DNA of 64,000 nt from a virus (lineage: Duplodnaviria; Caudoviricetes). The notes below the pieces were generated by a model. The model searched no databases. It saw only the letters and a program-made list of their open reading frames with translations, and had not been told where the DNA came from. Shown in pieces: positions 48,501 through 56,696 of this stretch; position 1 is the first letter of the stretch, and each line of letters begins with the position of its first letter. A program made the position numbers and the translations under genes. The stretch is taken from IMG/VR virus record IMGVR_UViG_3300042271_000115, positions 4,173-68,172 of that record; one strand, written 5' to 3'.

Positions 48501-48587
48501 AGATATATTCCCCAGTACAGGGATGTATATAACAGCTATGTAAAGCGTTATTATATTCCGTGGTCACCAAGACCTGGGAGTAGATAA
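45576..48587 (+). CDS. Large internal virion protein (1003 aa)
   Basis: Helical, with hydrophobic Gly-rich segments in the C-terminal third; coupled (TAATG) to the RNAP gene. Confidence 0.6.
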   Translation: MGCKLKSLPFGKAALKNKHIESLSGDDNTIKKLAHDFASILSEVGDYRVKDYADGYTNGINDLDQVTRYITMYNEEDGSGYASFEEFMKKSTVETRGEYIRQIERTIAQVVEESPNPHVFGEMDKILDSGIALNALHNVLSRVKTTKEAGNAIPLVRAINKTINLWENPIVAFQHWVPGKEALERLAKIKEYSSNQLIILNDSITSMLDKAETLNAFRKNRINRAQINRMLPALDGVDFNNPDDIRYLSSTLVSKYSIHEDMLEDVLLGLGEIKKTWDIINYGTSDLSSRPIKDIVDSAGTGTIIGFYKELHKRVSQYYSFTKMNIGNTKALEEVKSILDQTDITKMTRKNYMPTYDKDVFGSIEELEESASRFFVPGMYRPKNQFGDLDESLDFEKLIASNLTTNNFLFNKMQMAIAREHLDFEYKKGLVDGLLDDEYRGNALRAARLVVKKLDMYLNYNPSQQSSGALLLKRMDAIGGSVIAGILGGPRNAFNNIIAGRLYTVVAGINAGSPSDYKKLQKKPPNEEARVLLSIVDDTTSDYMSPGIVSQFNDMPKNALDMSHSFLRKVGDRLGDGGLMSAWSYWRDNLTVKGTEQSYLRPYVKNMVYAELSSRMKLTGLKPGTDAYVKAAKSIVPTIARDAWTDLSASLGHFDPINKPIWAHLMLETADNIPKVAAGMFLKYFYTFRQVMVTNVDLVLNRARQAFGGTFDERWDYSNNPNKPHQFHTGGIIHNPMFALGGVAALGLFSLVREFLKRDEPEGTVEQLTDFMARLHLPVADSANPIQGVDDLALYLAFVAGVANVDDETYKRYKASAINFGLGMAGGRFVASAIDQDKSYIEGLINIVSGEADWLNIFSDDIIETGAYGENLKAISKDIRSDTAMFRQPWTMDLVLTLLEGATLGGFLKEVSDRKQAHIHFQDLFWKQVSRWTGWAFWMDSWDLESSHSRKNYVYNGVTNKRLNGIKNKEFYSASRYIPQYRDVYNSYVKRYYIPWSPRPGSR

Positions 48588-48589
48588 TA

Positions 48590-48814
48590 ATGTTAAAGAA
48601 ATATATTCCTTTAATGAATAACATCTTTGAGTATGTGCGTAATAGAACAGTTGTAGATGCCCCAGTAAACGATATTGTCGATGAAGTATTGGTAAGGTTC
48701 AGTCCTGAAATACTATACCATGAAGTTAGCAATGAAGGTCTCAGAGATATTATAATGACTCTTGCCAAGTATGCTTACTTCTTACATCATAACGAGGCCT
48801 ACGATAGGCCATAG
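48590..48814 (+). CDS. Small hypothetical protein
   Basis: ORF in the operon. Confidence 0.5.
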   Translation: MLKKYIPLMNNIFEYVRNRTVVDAPVNDIVDEVLVRFSPEILYHEVSNEGLRDIIMTLAKYAYFLHHNEAYDRP

Positions 48815-48823
48815 GAGAAACAA

Positions 48824-49030
48824 ATGAACGAACAACAACTACAACAGATTCTTGAGCAACTTCCTCCTGAAGTTATCATGATTCTGCTTCAACTTCCCTC
48901 AGAGATACTTGCTCTGTTTGCGCAATTAACTGATCAAGACAAGGCCGAAATCATGCAAATGATAGAGGGACAGGGTGCTCCTCAGGAGCAGCCTCCGCAG
49001 GACACTGGCAACCAAGCCTTGTTTGGTTAG
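48824..49030 (+). CDS. Small Gln/Leu-rich protein with QLP(P/S)E repeats
   Basis: EQLPPE..LQLPSE..AQLTDQ; GGAG RBS. Confidence 0.55.
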   Translation: MNEQQLQQILEQLPPEVIMILLQLPSEILALFAQLTDQDKAEIMQMIEGQGAPQEQPPQDTGNQALFG

Positions 49031-49039
49031 GAGACGACT

Positions 49040-49492
49040 ATGGAATATGGCGTTGTGTTTGCAGAGAACGTCACTATTGAGAGCTTGAATCCTCACAACT
49101 TTGCTATGAAGAATGAGTATATTGACAATCTTATTTCCACTGCATGGCTTCTTATCCCTAAGATAGCTAGACAACAAAGTGGATTAAGGATTGTTAAGGG
49201 ATTCTTAAGCGATTCATATATGCGACAACATTACAGAACAGACAATGCAGACTATATTCTTAAGCATGCTAAGGGCTTAGCTCTTGAAGTTACTTGGGAT
49301 ATGTTTACTGCTGATGATGCTACTAATGTTGGTCATGATATTATCAGAGAATGCCTTGAGCCAATCTATGTTATAGTAGACTCATCAAGAAAAAAGATAT
49401 GTATATACAGAAGATATCTTACTGACAAGAGTGTTCTTGCTCAGTTAGTAGATGGGAGTCAAAGAGTAGTTAAGTCTATTCCTTTTGACTAG
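49040..49492 (+). CDS. Peptidase M15A-like fold protein, probably degenerate
   Basis: NL...LLIP...LRIVKGFLS...KHAKGLALEV parallels NL...P...I.SGYR...SQH..G.A.D. Confidence 0.45.
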   Translation: MEYGVVFAENVTIESLNPHNFAMKNEYIDNLISTAWLLIPKIARQQSGLRIVKGFLSDSYMRQHYRTDNADYILKHAKGLALEVTWDMFTADDATNVGHDIIRECLEPIYVIVDSSRKKICIYRRYLTDKSVLAQLVDGSQRVVKSIPFD

Positions 49493-49504
49493 TATGTATA
49501 ATAT

Positions 49505-49525
49505 AAGCCCCCCTTATTGGGGGGC
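49505..49525. terminator. Bidirectional terminator between converging modules
   Basis: aagccccc/gggggctt stem where the + and - strand operons meet. Confidence 0.65.
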
Positions 49526-49738
49526 TTTACATATCCATGATTCTCCACTTAAAGACATACCTGTTCTTGCGTCATATAGTTCGCTAGTAGCTGATACAGA
49601 TATATAAGTTACTTTCTTTATAGGGTTATTAATAATGGAATAAACCCTATGCTTTTTGTGTGATTGCTTATAATTAACTATAACTTCTTCACCAATTTTA
49701 TAAGTTACTTTTTTGTTTTTGTTTTTTCTTTTTATCAT
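49514..49738 (-). CDS. Small basic KOW/SH3-like protein
   Basis: YKIGEEVIV pattern. Confidence 0.45.
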   Translation of the reverse strand: MIKRKNKNKKVTYKIGEEVIVNYKQSHKKHRVYSIINNPIKKVTYISVSATSELYDARTGMSLSGESWICKAPQ

Positions 49739-49858
49739 AATTAATCCTTAACTTAATTAGAAGCTGATATAAGCACGATCTCATCCTCGTCAACAAGTAA
49801 TATGTATAGAAGAGAGATCGTGCCATATCGAAGACATTAGGTGCCTTCTCGTTTATTA

Positions 49859-50080
49859 TTAACATATATCGAAGCCTGCGCATTGCTTGCAGATAGGCTT
49901 ACCACCTGCATACGCATAAACTTCATTCATGATGGCATCACAGCCATCGCAAACATATCCTTCAGTGTCAAGTCCGCCAAGACATTCAGGGCAAGATAAT
50001 ACTGATTCTCTCTTAAGATCACCTATGTTATAGCCCTGATGGCATCGGTGACAATAATAATCGTAACTCATTTGTATCAT
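49859..50080 (-). CDS. Cys-rich zinc-finger protein
   Basis: Four CxxC pairs (CHRC, CPEC, CDGC, CKQC). Confidence 0.65.
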   Translation of the reverse strand: MIQMSYDYYCHRCHQGYNIGDLKRESVLSCPECLGGLDTEGYVCDGCDAIMNEVYAYAGGKPICKQCAGFDIC

Positions 50081-50325
50081 CCTATCTTAAAGTTATATCT
50101 CTGCATTACCCATTCTATATAGGCATTACGTTCTTCTATTATCTTCTCAATAGTAACCCTGAGAAGATATAGCCTATGTTCCTCACTGAATACATGAAGA
50201 GATTCTATTGCCGTGAATAGTTCAGGAAGAGAGTATTCGTGTATCATTTCTCGCTCCACAGGAATACAAGTAATGCAACAATTTCTATTGCTATAGCTAT
50301 TTTCATCAGTGGAAACTCGAAACAA
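50077..50325 (-). CDS. Hypothetical protein
   Basis: ATGA overlap with the next ORF. Confidence 0.45.
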   Translation of the reverse strand: MFRVSTDENSYSNRNCCITCIPVEREMIHEYSLPELFTAIESLHVFSEEHRLYLLRVTIEKIIEERNAYIEWVMQRYNFKIG

Positions 50326-50438
50326 AATATGTATGCTATGAAAAACAATATACCGATTATGATGGTGATATAGATGCTGATGTCTGCAATCCTGCGTCTT
50401 GTTTTTTTATTCATTTATCGCTTCCTTTTTTGTATGCT

Positions 50439-50846
50439 CTATTTATCCCAGTTTTTAACGATCATTTCGTTCGAGATCCCAGCCGCATGGATTACCCTTT
50501 TTACGGCCTCCGGTGGCATCGTTTCGAAAAGCGTCACCACCGCGACACAGGTGTCGGCAAGCTGGTCTTGGAAAGCGTGACCAAAAACCTTATTGATCTC
50601 GTTATTGAATCGATCATTGACCTGCCGAACAATCTCTTGAACATCGCCAAGCAGTCCGCTGGTGATCTGCTCATACATCGCTTTTTTGCGCTCCGGCTTA
50701 TGCTCATCGTCCATACTCACTATTGCAGTTAGCACGATCTCAAGCAACCAAAACAGCGCAACCAAGTTCTTATCTTTTGCTGACAGCTTGATTGGCATGG
50801 CGGCGATCTCTGCCTTCATCTCATCGTATCGTTTCAGCTTTCGCAT
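50439..50846 (-). CDS. Hypothetical helical protein
   Basis: ORF in the leftward operon; two-TM-like hydrophobic stretch. Confidence 0.5.
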   Translation of the reverse strand: MRKLKRYDEMKAEIAAMPIKLSAKDKNLVALFWLLEIVLTAIVSMDDEHKPERKKAMYEQITSGLLGDVQEIVRQVNDRFNNEINKVFGHAFQDQLADTCVAVVTLFETMPPEAVKRVIHAAGISNEMIVKNWDK

Positions 50847-51054
50847 GGTTTATCTTCTTTACCCAATACATAAGGTATTCATAAGCTTCGTCTATTGTGT
50901 CTCCAACCACTTGGAAGCTGTTTTTATGCTCATCAATAACGGTTATCACCACTGAGCCTGCCTTTTTCTGAGCATGGCAAAGTAGCTTATGCTCCCGATA
51001 GATATCAGGAAACATCGCCGCCAAGTCTTGCATTGTTTTAATTTTCGCATTCAT
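50821..51054 (-). CDS. Hypothetical protein
   Basis: Overlapping ORF in the operon. Confidence 0.5.
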   Translation of the reverse strand: MNAKIKTMQDLAAMFPDIYREHKLLCHAQKKAGSVVITVIDEHKNSFQVVGDTIDEAYEYLMYWVKKINHAKAETIR

Positions 51055-51239
51055 TGTAATCTCCTTATCTTATTCATCTGCTCAACGAGTGAGCGATTGT
51101 CAGCTTGAAGCTGGGCTATCTCGGCTTCGAGGCTGGCGATGTAATTGTTTTTTGCCAAGTGGATAGCAATATCTAACCATGGTGGTCTATCGTTGTCCAT
51201 TGCGTAATTTATCGCAGCCTCATACTCTTGTTTAGTCAT
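51051..51239 (-). CDS. Small coiled-coil protein
   Basis: IASLEAEIAQLQADNRSL heptads; ATGA overlaps. Confidence 0.5.
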   Translation of the reverse strand: MTKQEYEAAINYAMDNDRPPWLDIAIHLAKNNYIASLEAEIAQLQADNRSLVEQMNKIRRLQ

Positions 51240-51511
51240 TTGATTCCTCCTGTAATTTTAGTTTTATCACACTTCTTTTGTATTGTTTCGTCTATATCGA
51301 AATATACTTTCATCATTCCTTCTGGCAGTAGAATCTCCTTGATTAAGCATCCGACCGTATCCCTAAAATCATCATCTTCATTGACGCCATCGTATGTATG
51401 CCAGATTTTGTACCAATCATCATCCTCTTGATATTCAAATCTGAAGATAATTGCAGGATATTTCTCTCGTAGGATACCGACGAATCTAATCATTAAGTCA
51501 TCGTTTTTCAT
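51236..51511 (-). CDS. Hypothetical acidic protein
   Basis: ORF in the operon. Confidence 0.55.
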   Translation of the reverse strand: MKNDDLMIRFVGILREKYPAIIFRFEYQEDDDWYKIWHTYDGVNEDDDFRDTVGCLIKEILLPEGMMKVYFDIDETIQKKCDKTKITGGIK

Positions 51512-51698
51512 CTTCTTCCTTCTGTGATTTTAGCTCTTCCCTTTTAATCAACCTTTGCACAGCTTCTTCTTGACAGGCATTACATACTCTTTCCCATCGC
51601 TCAGTTGTGCATCCGCAAACAGCGCAGATACCTTCATTGTGGCGGTCGTAATGTTTATCCATCTCGCTGTATGTTCTCATCTTACCTTCTTCCCCCAA
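51498..51698 (-). CDS. Small zinc-finger protein
   Basis: CAVC...CNAC. Confidence 0.5.
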   Translation of the reverse strand: MGEEGKMRTYSEMDKHYDRHNEGICAVCGCTTERWERVCNACQEEAVQRLIKREELKSQKEEDEKR

Positions 51699-51955
51699 AA
51701 CCTTTCTTTTTCCTTCTCCATTTCTATCCTATCGCGCTCTACCGACCACAGCTTTATGTATGTAAGTAGCGGATATGATATCGGAATCGTTATCCATGTT
51801 GCCAGGCATATCGCAGGCGTAAGCACAAGTAATAGTATTTCAAACCAGTCAGTATCTTTTAGCCAATATTTCAGCAAATCTCTGTGAAAATCAACAATCC
51901 ATGCACTTCGCAGTCCATCCCAATATTGACGCCATGTAATCCTAATCATTCTCAT
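51677..51955 (-). CDS. Small membrane protein
   Basis: Hydrophobic ILLLVLTPAICLATWITIPISYPLL segment. Confidence 0.55.
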   Translation of the reverse strand: MRMIRITWRQYWDGLRSAWIVDFHRDLLKYWLKDTDWFEILLLVLTPAICLATWITIPISYPLLTYIKLWSVERDRIEMEKEKERFWGKKVR

Positions 51956-52127
51956 CCTCCCATTCCTTTAGCTTGCGCTCTACAATCTTCCTATCATCTG
52001 GCGAAAGGGCATCAAGCTCAATCTGTGAATACTCATCAGCGGAATAATATAGCCAAAACCAACCATCACGCTTAGGGTATGTGGGCCTTACTTCACCTGT
52101 TAATGTTATGGATACGATGTATTTCAT
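51942..52127 (-). CDS. Hypothetical protein (probable start MKYIVS)
   Basis: GGAGG RBS and ATGA overlap at 52124-52127. Confidence 0.5.
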   Translation of the reverse strand: MKYIVSITLTGEVRPTYPKRDGWFWLYYSADEYSQIELDALSPDDRKIVERKLKEWEDEND

Positions 52128-52387
52128 TTTTCTTCCTCCATCTTCACGGCTTCTTCCGTGAAAGTTATATTGATTCCCTGTTTCCCATCCGTAATACGAG
52201 CGGTTATTCTGTGCCACTCGTTGCCGTTTTTGTATGTAGAAATCCTTTGCCACGTTGGTTTGCCGTGATAATTTACACATGCATCCAGGTTAAGCCCCTT
52301 TGTGTTTATCTCGTCAATTACGGATTCGCAGAAGGCTACCATCGGCAAGCTACTGTGTTGTGGGCGTTTGATTGTTATGGTTTTCAT
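52124..52387 (-). CDS. Hypothetical protein
   Basis: GGAGG RBS; coupled ORF. Confidence 0.5.
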   Translation of the reverse strand: MKTITIKRPQHSSLPMVAFCESVIDEINTKGLNLDACVNYHGKPTWQRISTYKNGNEWHRITARITDGKQGINITFTEEAVKMEEEK

Positions 52388-52566
52388 CCTTCCTCCTGTG
52401 CTGGGACAATGCCATCTTCATTGTTTTCATTTGATTCCTCTCTTTTTGTTTTTATCTTACCACCATAGCCATTACAAGATGGACACCTTTTTAGCCCACG
52501 CACATTGGGTGCAATCTGCACTAATCCTGTTCCATTGCATTTGGGACATGTTTCCATCTCAATCAT
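52384..52566 (-). CDS. DnaJ-type zinc-finger peptide
   Basis: CPKCNGTG...CPSCNGYG (CxxCxGxG twice); start MIEMET after a GGAGG RBS. Confidence 0.65.
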   Translation of the reverse strand: MIEMETCPKCNGTGLVQIAPNVRGLKRCPSCNGYGGKIKTKREESNENNEDGIVPAQEEG

Positions 52567-52784
52567 TCTTCCTCCTCCTGTGCTTTTAGCATACGCTCTA
52601 CATCTTTTAACCAATCAGTTATATGTCCTATCTGGCTCTGTGTGCACCTATCAACTGATGTGCGGATAAGCTGATAACTGTTATGCCACTCATCATGGCT
52701 TTCTATTCTTGAGCTATTGCCCAAAGATAACCCAATGGCTATTGCCGACAACACCAATGCGATTATTGCAACTGCCTCTAACAT
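52563..52784 (-). CDS. Small protein with an N-terminal TM helix
   Basis: VAIIALVLSAIAIGLSLG. Confidence 0.55.
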   Translation of the reverse strand: MLEAVAIIALVLSAIAIGLSLGNSSRIESHDEWHNSYQLIRTSVDRCTQSQIGHITDWLKDVERMLKAQEEEE

Positions 52785-53053
52785 GGTTTATCCTCCTCAT
52801 GCTTTTCTGTAATGGCGTTTAGATATCGTCTAAGGATATGCACAATATGTAACGTTAGGTAATAAGATTGCGCTTGCTCTGCATAATGTAATTCAGCTTG
52901 TTTGGCAAGGTATTGTTCATGTTGCATTCGCTGAAACCAATAATCTTTCTCAGCCTGCTCTTCCTCTCTTCTGCGTTCTTGCCACCTTCTTTTAGCTAAA
53001 TACTCTTCATATTTTTCCCGCTCGCGCTCTTCTTCTCTCTTGTAATCAATCAC
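52778..53053 (-). CDS. Charged (Arg/Glu-rich) hypothetical protein
   Basis: ORF in the operon. Confidence 0.5.
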   Translation of the reverse strand: MIDYKREEEREREKYEEYLAKRRWQERRREEEQAEKDYWFQRMQHEQYLAKQAELHYAEQAQSYYLTLHIVHILRRYLNAITEKHEEDKPC

Positions 53054-53924
53054 TTTGTTCCTCCTGCTGTGCTTCCAATAGACCTTCTACAAGTTCACGA
53101 GTCTGGGTATCGAGCATTTCAAGGTAAAGTATGCAATGCATTCCACCTGGACACCTTTCTGTTTTCTTACCAATAAACCAAAACCTGCCATCTTCCACAT
53201 AAGATAAGTCTTTTACTGCCCCACTCAGGCAACCAATTTCGACAACGACTTGGCTTGGCTTCAGTTTGCGAATAATCTTGAGCTGTGGCAATCTTTCCAT
53301 TGTGCTATTTCCGTTGGTATCAAAGCGATGTGAGCCTATATGTATTTCATGGTCAATAGAATCTATCTGGGCTAAATGTTTAGTGCCACTGTACCAGTTT
53401 CTGATTTCAACAAAATCACCCGCTTTGTATTTAAGCTCAGGCTCTTTGTAGATTTGCCAGCCGAAGTCTGCTCTTTTGGCATTGGCAATCCATTCTTCCA
53501 CCGGATTGATTGTTGAGGGTATACCATCGCGGAATGTGATTATCTCGTTATTTGTGTATTGACAATACATGTCACACTCCCATTCTGCACGAAATACTTT
53601 CTTCCCCTGCATCATCTGATGCAGTGCCCAGTCAGCAGAGCCTTCTTTGACATGTGTGCCGATGATTTGGAACATTGGAAACGGGCAGCCATAATGCCCA
53701 TTTTCAATGCAAACCGTTACATCGCCATCGATATCCACGCTATCTACAAAAATTGGCACGTTCTTTTGGTTACAATCAAGCCAATGCTCCATAACGTATT
53801 CACCGATAACGCCATGCGTAATAAATCTTACAAGCACATTTGTGTCTTTTTCTTTCAACGGCACTATCTCATGCTCTTCCAGCATGCGGAAAAGCTTGCC
53901 TTCCTGTTCCTTGAAATTAGTCAT
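53046..53924 (-). CDS. Multidomain protein with a DUF2829/Tad2-like segment and a KOW-like domain
   Basis: WALHQMMQGKKVFRAEW...FGWQIY, then YKAGDFVEI. Confidence 0.45.
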   Translation of the reverse strand: MTNFKEQEGKLFRMLEEHEIVPLKEKDTNVLVRFITHGVIGEYVMEHWLDCNQKNVPIFVDSVDIDGDVTVCIENGHYGCPFPMFQIIGTHVKEGSADWALHQMMQGKKVFRAEWECDMYCQYTNNEIITFRDGIPSTINPVEEWIANAKRADFGWQIYKEPELKYKAGDFVEIRNWYSGTKHLAQIDSIDHEIHIGSHRFDTNGNSTMERLPQLKIIRKLKPSQVVVEIGCLSGAVKDLSYVEDGRFWFIGKKTERCPGGMHCILYLEMLDTQTRELVEGLLEAQQEEQSD

Positions 53925-53926
53925 TA

Positions 53927-54190
53927 TTATCTCCTTGCATAAATTTGTTTGAATGAGTTATTTTTTGAAAGACTTGCAATTTCCTTGATATATTTTTCAA
54001 GCCTCACATCATCATAATCATGAAGATTTTGCCAGTATAAAAACAGCGCAAGACCAACAAGGTAGCCTTGATTAAATTCACCACCAAGTATATCCATCAA
54101 TGGCTGTGTGCATGAGATTGCATACGCAAGCAAGTTATTGGATTCCCACACTTTATTCAATTCACGCTTTAATTTAGCTATTGCACACAT
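53927..54190 (-). CDS. Hypothetical protein
   Basis: GGAGG RBS. Confidence 0.5.
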   Translation of the reverse strand: MCAIAKLKRELNKVWESNNLLAYAISCTQPLMDILGGEFNQGYLVGLALFLYWQNLHDYDDVRLEKYIKEIASLSKNNSFKQIYARR

Positions 54191-54266
54191 GATTTTCCTC
54201 CAATCCGTTATTCTTAAAATATTCCCTTTTTCTTACTTTGTTTTTCATGGTTATCTCCTTTTGGTT

Positions 54267-54590
54267 TTAGCTGAATCTTCCCATTGTGGCGAAGTCTTTA
54301 TCTGATTCAAGTGTTTTGTCGTAATCAGGCTTGGGCGGCTCAGGAAAGTCTGGTTCAATGGTCTTTAACCACTCATCATACCCATTGTCTATAGGCATGG
54401 TTGTTTGCAAATTTGGCTCTGGAACAAAACAAGACGTCGCCCCGACTGTGCGTACTTGATTATTGTAAGTCTCTGTTTCATAAATCCAGCCACCAGGAAC
54501 ACGAATCACAACCCTGTAGCAATTTGCCGCACTGTGATTGAACACATACTCTTCATGTACTTCCATCTCCAACAATTCTTTGATTGTCAT
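54267..54590 (-). CDS. Hypothetical protein
   Basis: AAGGAG RBS; VIRVPGGWIY motif. Confidence 0.55.
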   Translation of the reverse strand: MTIKELLEMEVHEEYVFNHSAANCYRVVIRVPGGWIYETETYNNQVRTVGATSCFVPEPNLQTTMPIDNGYDEWLKTIEPDFPEPPKPDYDKTLESDKDFATMGRFS

Positions 54591-54616
54591 ATCTTTCTCC
54601 TTCTATTTGTTGATAG

Positions 54617-56143
54617 TTATCCCGTCATAAACTCTTTAAGCTTCGGAAACACAAATGTGCCGTCCACAGAGTTTGTTAAGTTCAAGTCGCGAATAATACT
54701 AAGCGGAACAAAATACGCAAGATAAGGAATAAATCCGACCGTGATGTCTATTTGATTGTGACCAAATCTATGCTTAGCTATCAGTATTTTGCTTATGAAA
54801 TACGATGACGCAGCCTCCGTGCCCAGCATAATTTTCTTGATGCCAACCGACCACTCACGATAAACAAAAATAACGTGCGTGGCGTCTTGTTTTAGAGCCG
54901 ACGAGCCAAACAGCCTGTCAAGATTAGGCTTATGAATTACTGCGCCATTCTTATCACTTGCTGGCTTATTTAACTGTGAGAGAGCTATGGTATGTGTCTC
55001 GAGACGCATGGCAAGCTTTTTGAGAAATCTTGACACTGCCCTGTAAACCTCATCTTCACGCCTGTTTCTTCCGCCATCCTTAACGTCCTCAACAAGTTGC
55101 AAATAGTCTATCACAATCAAGTCTATACTGCCGTATGTTGAGTATACCATATTGCTTTTGGAGTTGATGTCACGCAATGTGGATACGTTTGAGTCAACCA
55201 TGAAGTTAGGTGCGACGGTAGATAGTTGACACTTGAAGCTATTGAGCATCGCAATCTTCTCGGCTGGAGTCAATTCAGTCATAAACTTCTGGACTGTTAT
55301 GTTATTCTCAATACAGCAAAGCTTGGTGAGCAATTCATCCTCGGTCATTTCAAGAGAAAAGAATAATATGCGTCTATGCTCCCAAATTTCTTTGCCATTA
55401 TCATCTAATCGTGGTCTTCCTGTATCAAGGTCAATTACCTTCTTTTTTTGTTTGGCTATGTTCCAGGCAATTTGCAGGGATAAGCTTGTTTTTCCGTGAC
55501 CAGTATCACCGGCGATTATTGTTTGATTGCCCGGAGCAAACCAAACATATTTATCAATCATCGGAATATTGGCATGAACTATCGTCTGGTCACCGTCAAC
55601 GCTGGACTTGTTCTTTTCAATCATGGTATCAGTAACATCCAGCAGTGTGCGTGGTTGCTTCCTGTCCTTTTCCGAAAAGAACTCTGAGTATTTACTTATG
55701 ATAGCTTGCAATTGACCAGCAGTTGCCTTGCCACCTTTTGCCGTAGTCACAATATCAACCCCCATGGCATAATACTTCTCAACCTTAAACTTATCCAGTA
55801 TTATGTCCATGTAAGATTGAATGTGTAAAACATTTTCATTGGCACGGTATTGCTTAATGTTTGCTATCTCATCACGGTGTTTGCCTGTTTTTGGGTCAAG
55901 CAAATCCAATGCTATCTGTCCTGTGCTGTCTCGTGTAACTGACATTGAGTTTTCTACGGTAATATCCGTAATGTTGTGGTCGTTCTCCCATAGCCACTTT
56001 ATGCAACGCCACATCATCTTATACCTAAGCTCGGTGAAGTGCCTCTCTTCCAGATACCTATTTGCGGTATCAAAAGCAGATTCACCATGATTAAGTATTA
56101 TTGACAGGATTGCTCGTTGAGCCTGAGTGTAAGAATTATTCAT
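54617..56143 (-). CDS. dnaB: DnaB-like replicative helicase
   Basis: N-terminal AQRAILSIIL...F...YKMMW; IAGDTGHGKTS, FFSLEM, LIVIDYLQL, LSQLNK, KQDA, IAKHRFG; probable start MNNSY. Confidence 0.9.
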   Translation of the reverse strand: MNNSYTQAQRAILSIILNHGESAFDTANRYLEERHFTELRYKMMWRCIKWLWENDHNITDITVENSMSVTRDSTGQIALDLLDPKTGKHRDEIANIKQYRANENVLHIQSYMDIILDKFKVEKYYAMGVDIVTTAKGGKATAGQLQAIISKYSEFFSEKDRKQPRTLLDVTDTMIEKNKSSVDGDQTIVHANIPMIDKYVWFAPGNQTIIAGDTGHGKTSLSLQIAWNIAKQKKKVIDLDTGRPRLDDNGKEIWEHRRILFFSLEMTEDELLTKLCCIENNITVQKFMTELTPAEKIAMLNSFKCQLSTVAPNFMVDSNVSTLRDINSKSNMVYSTYGSIDLIVIDYLQLVEDVKDGGRNRREDEVYRAVSRFLKKLAMRLETHTIALSQLNKPASDKNGAVIHKPNLDRLFGSSALKQDATHVIFVYREWSVGIKKIMLGTEAASSYFISKILIAKHRFGHNQIDITVGFIPYLAYFVPLSIIRDLNLTNSVDGTFVFPKLKEFMTG

Positions 56144-56150
56144 ATTTTCC

Positions 56151-56696
56151 TCATTCGACAACAATGACGCCAAGCATTTCATCTTCGGTTTCTTGGTGAA
56201 CCTCCGTAATTCTTGCTTGGCGTTCTGCTATCATTTTAGACTTTATTTTCTCGTAAAGTGTCATTCCATCTTGGCGAGGTATCGCTACGGTATTGATTGA
56301 TGTATTCAATATTCCTGACCAGAACTTGTCTGTAATTGAGTATGCAAGAACCTCAATGATTGTCTCGACATTTTCACCACTTCTCATTAACCGCCTAATT
56401 TGATTGCGTGCGGCATCAGGTTTTGCTTTTATTGCTATTATCTGGCTCGTATTTACGCCCGTCTTGAGCTTTTCATCGGTAAACCAATCAATAATTAGCC
56501 TTGATATTATCATCTTATCTTTTTCTACACAATAATCTGAAAGGCTTTCCATTAGCTTCGACATTGATTCTCTGAAGTCCGTGCCAGCGTTATTATCATG
56601 TTCGATTACCAGCATGTGGCGTCCCAAAGCGCCGGCAGCAACGGACAGGATTCTGTATGGAACGCCATCAATAATTAGTCGTGTGCCCTTTTTCAT
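56151..56696 (-). CDS. Putative replication initiator / helicase-loader-associated protein
   Basis: Directly upstream of DnaB; IRRLMRSGENVETIIEVLAYSITDKFWSG resembles the C-terminus of phage initiator proteins. Confidence 0.45.
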   Translation of the reverse strand: MKKGTRLIIDGVPYRILSVAAGALGRHMLVIEHDNNAGTDFRESMSKLMESLSDYCVEKDKMIISRLIIDWFTDEKLKTGVNTSQIIAIKAKPDAARNQIRRLMRSGENVETIIEVLAYSITDKFWSGILNTSINTVAIPRQDGMTLYEKIKSKMIAERQARITEVHQETEDEMLGVIVVE

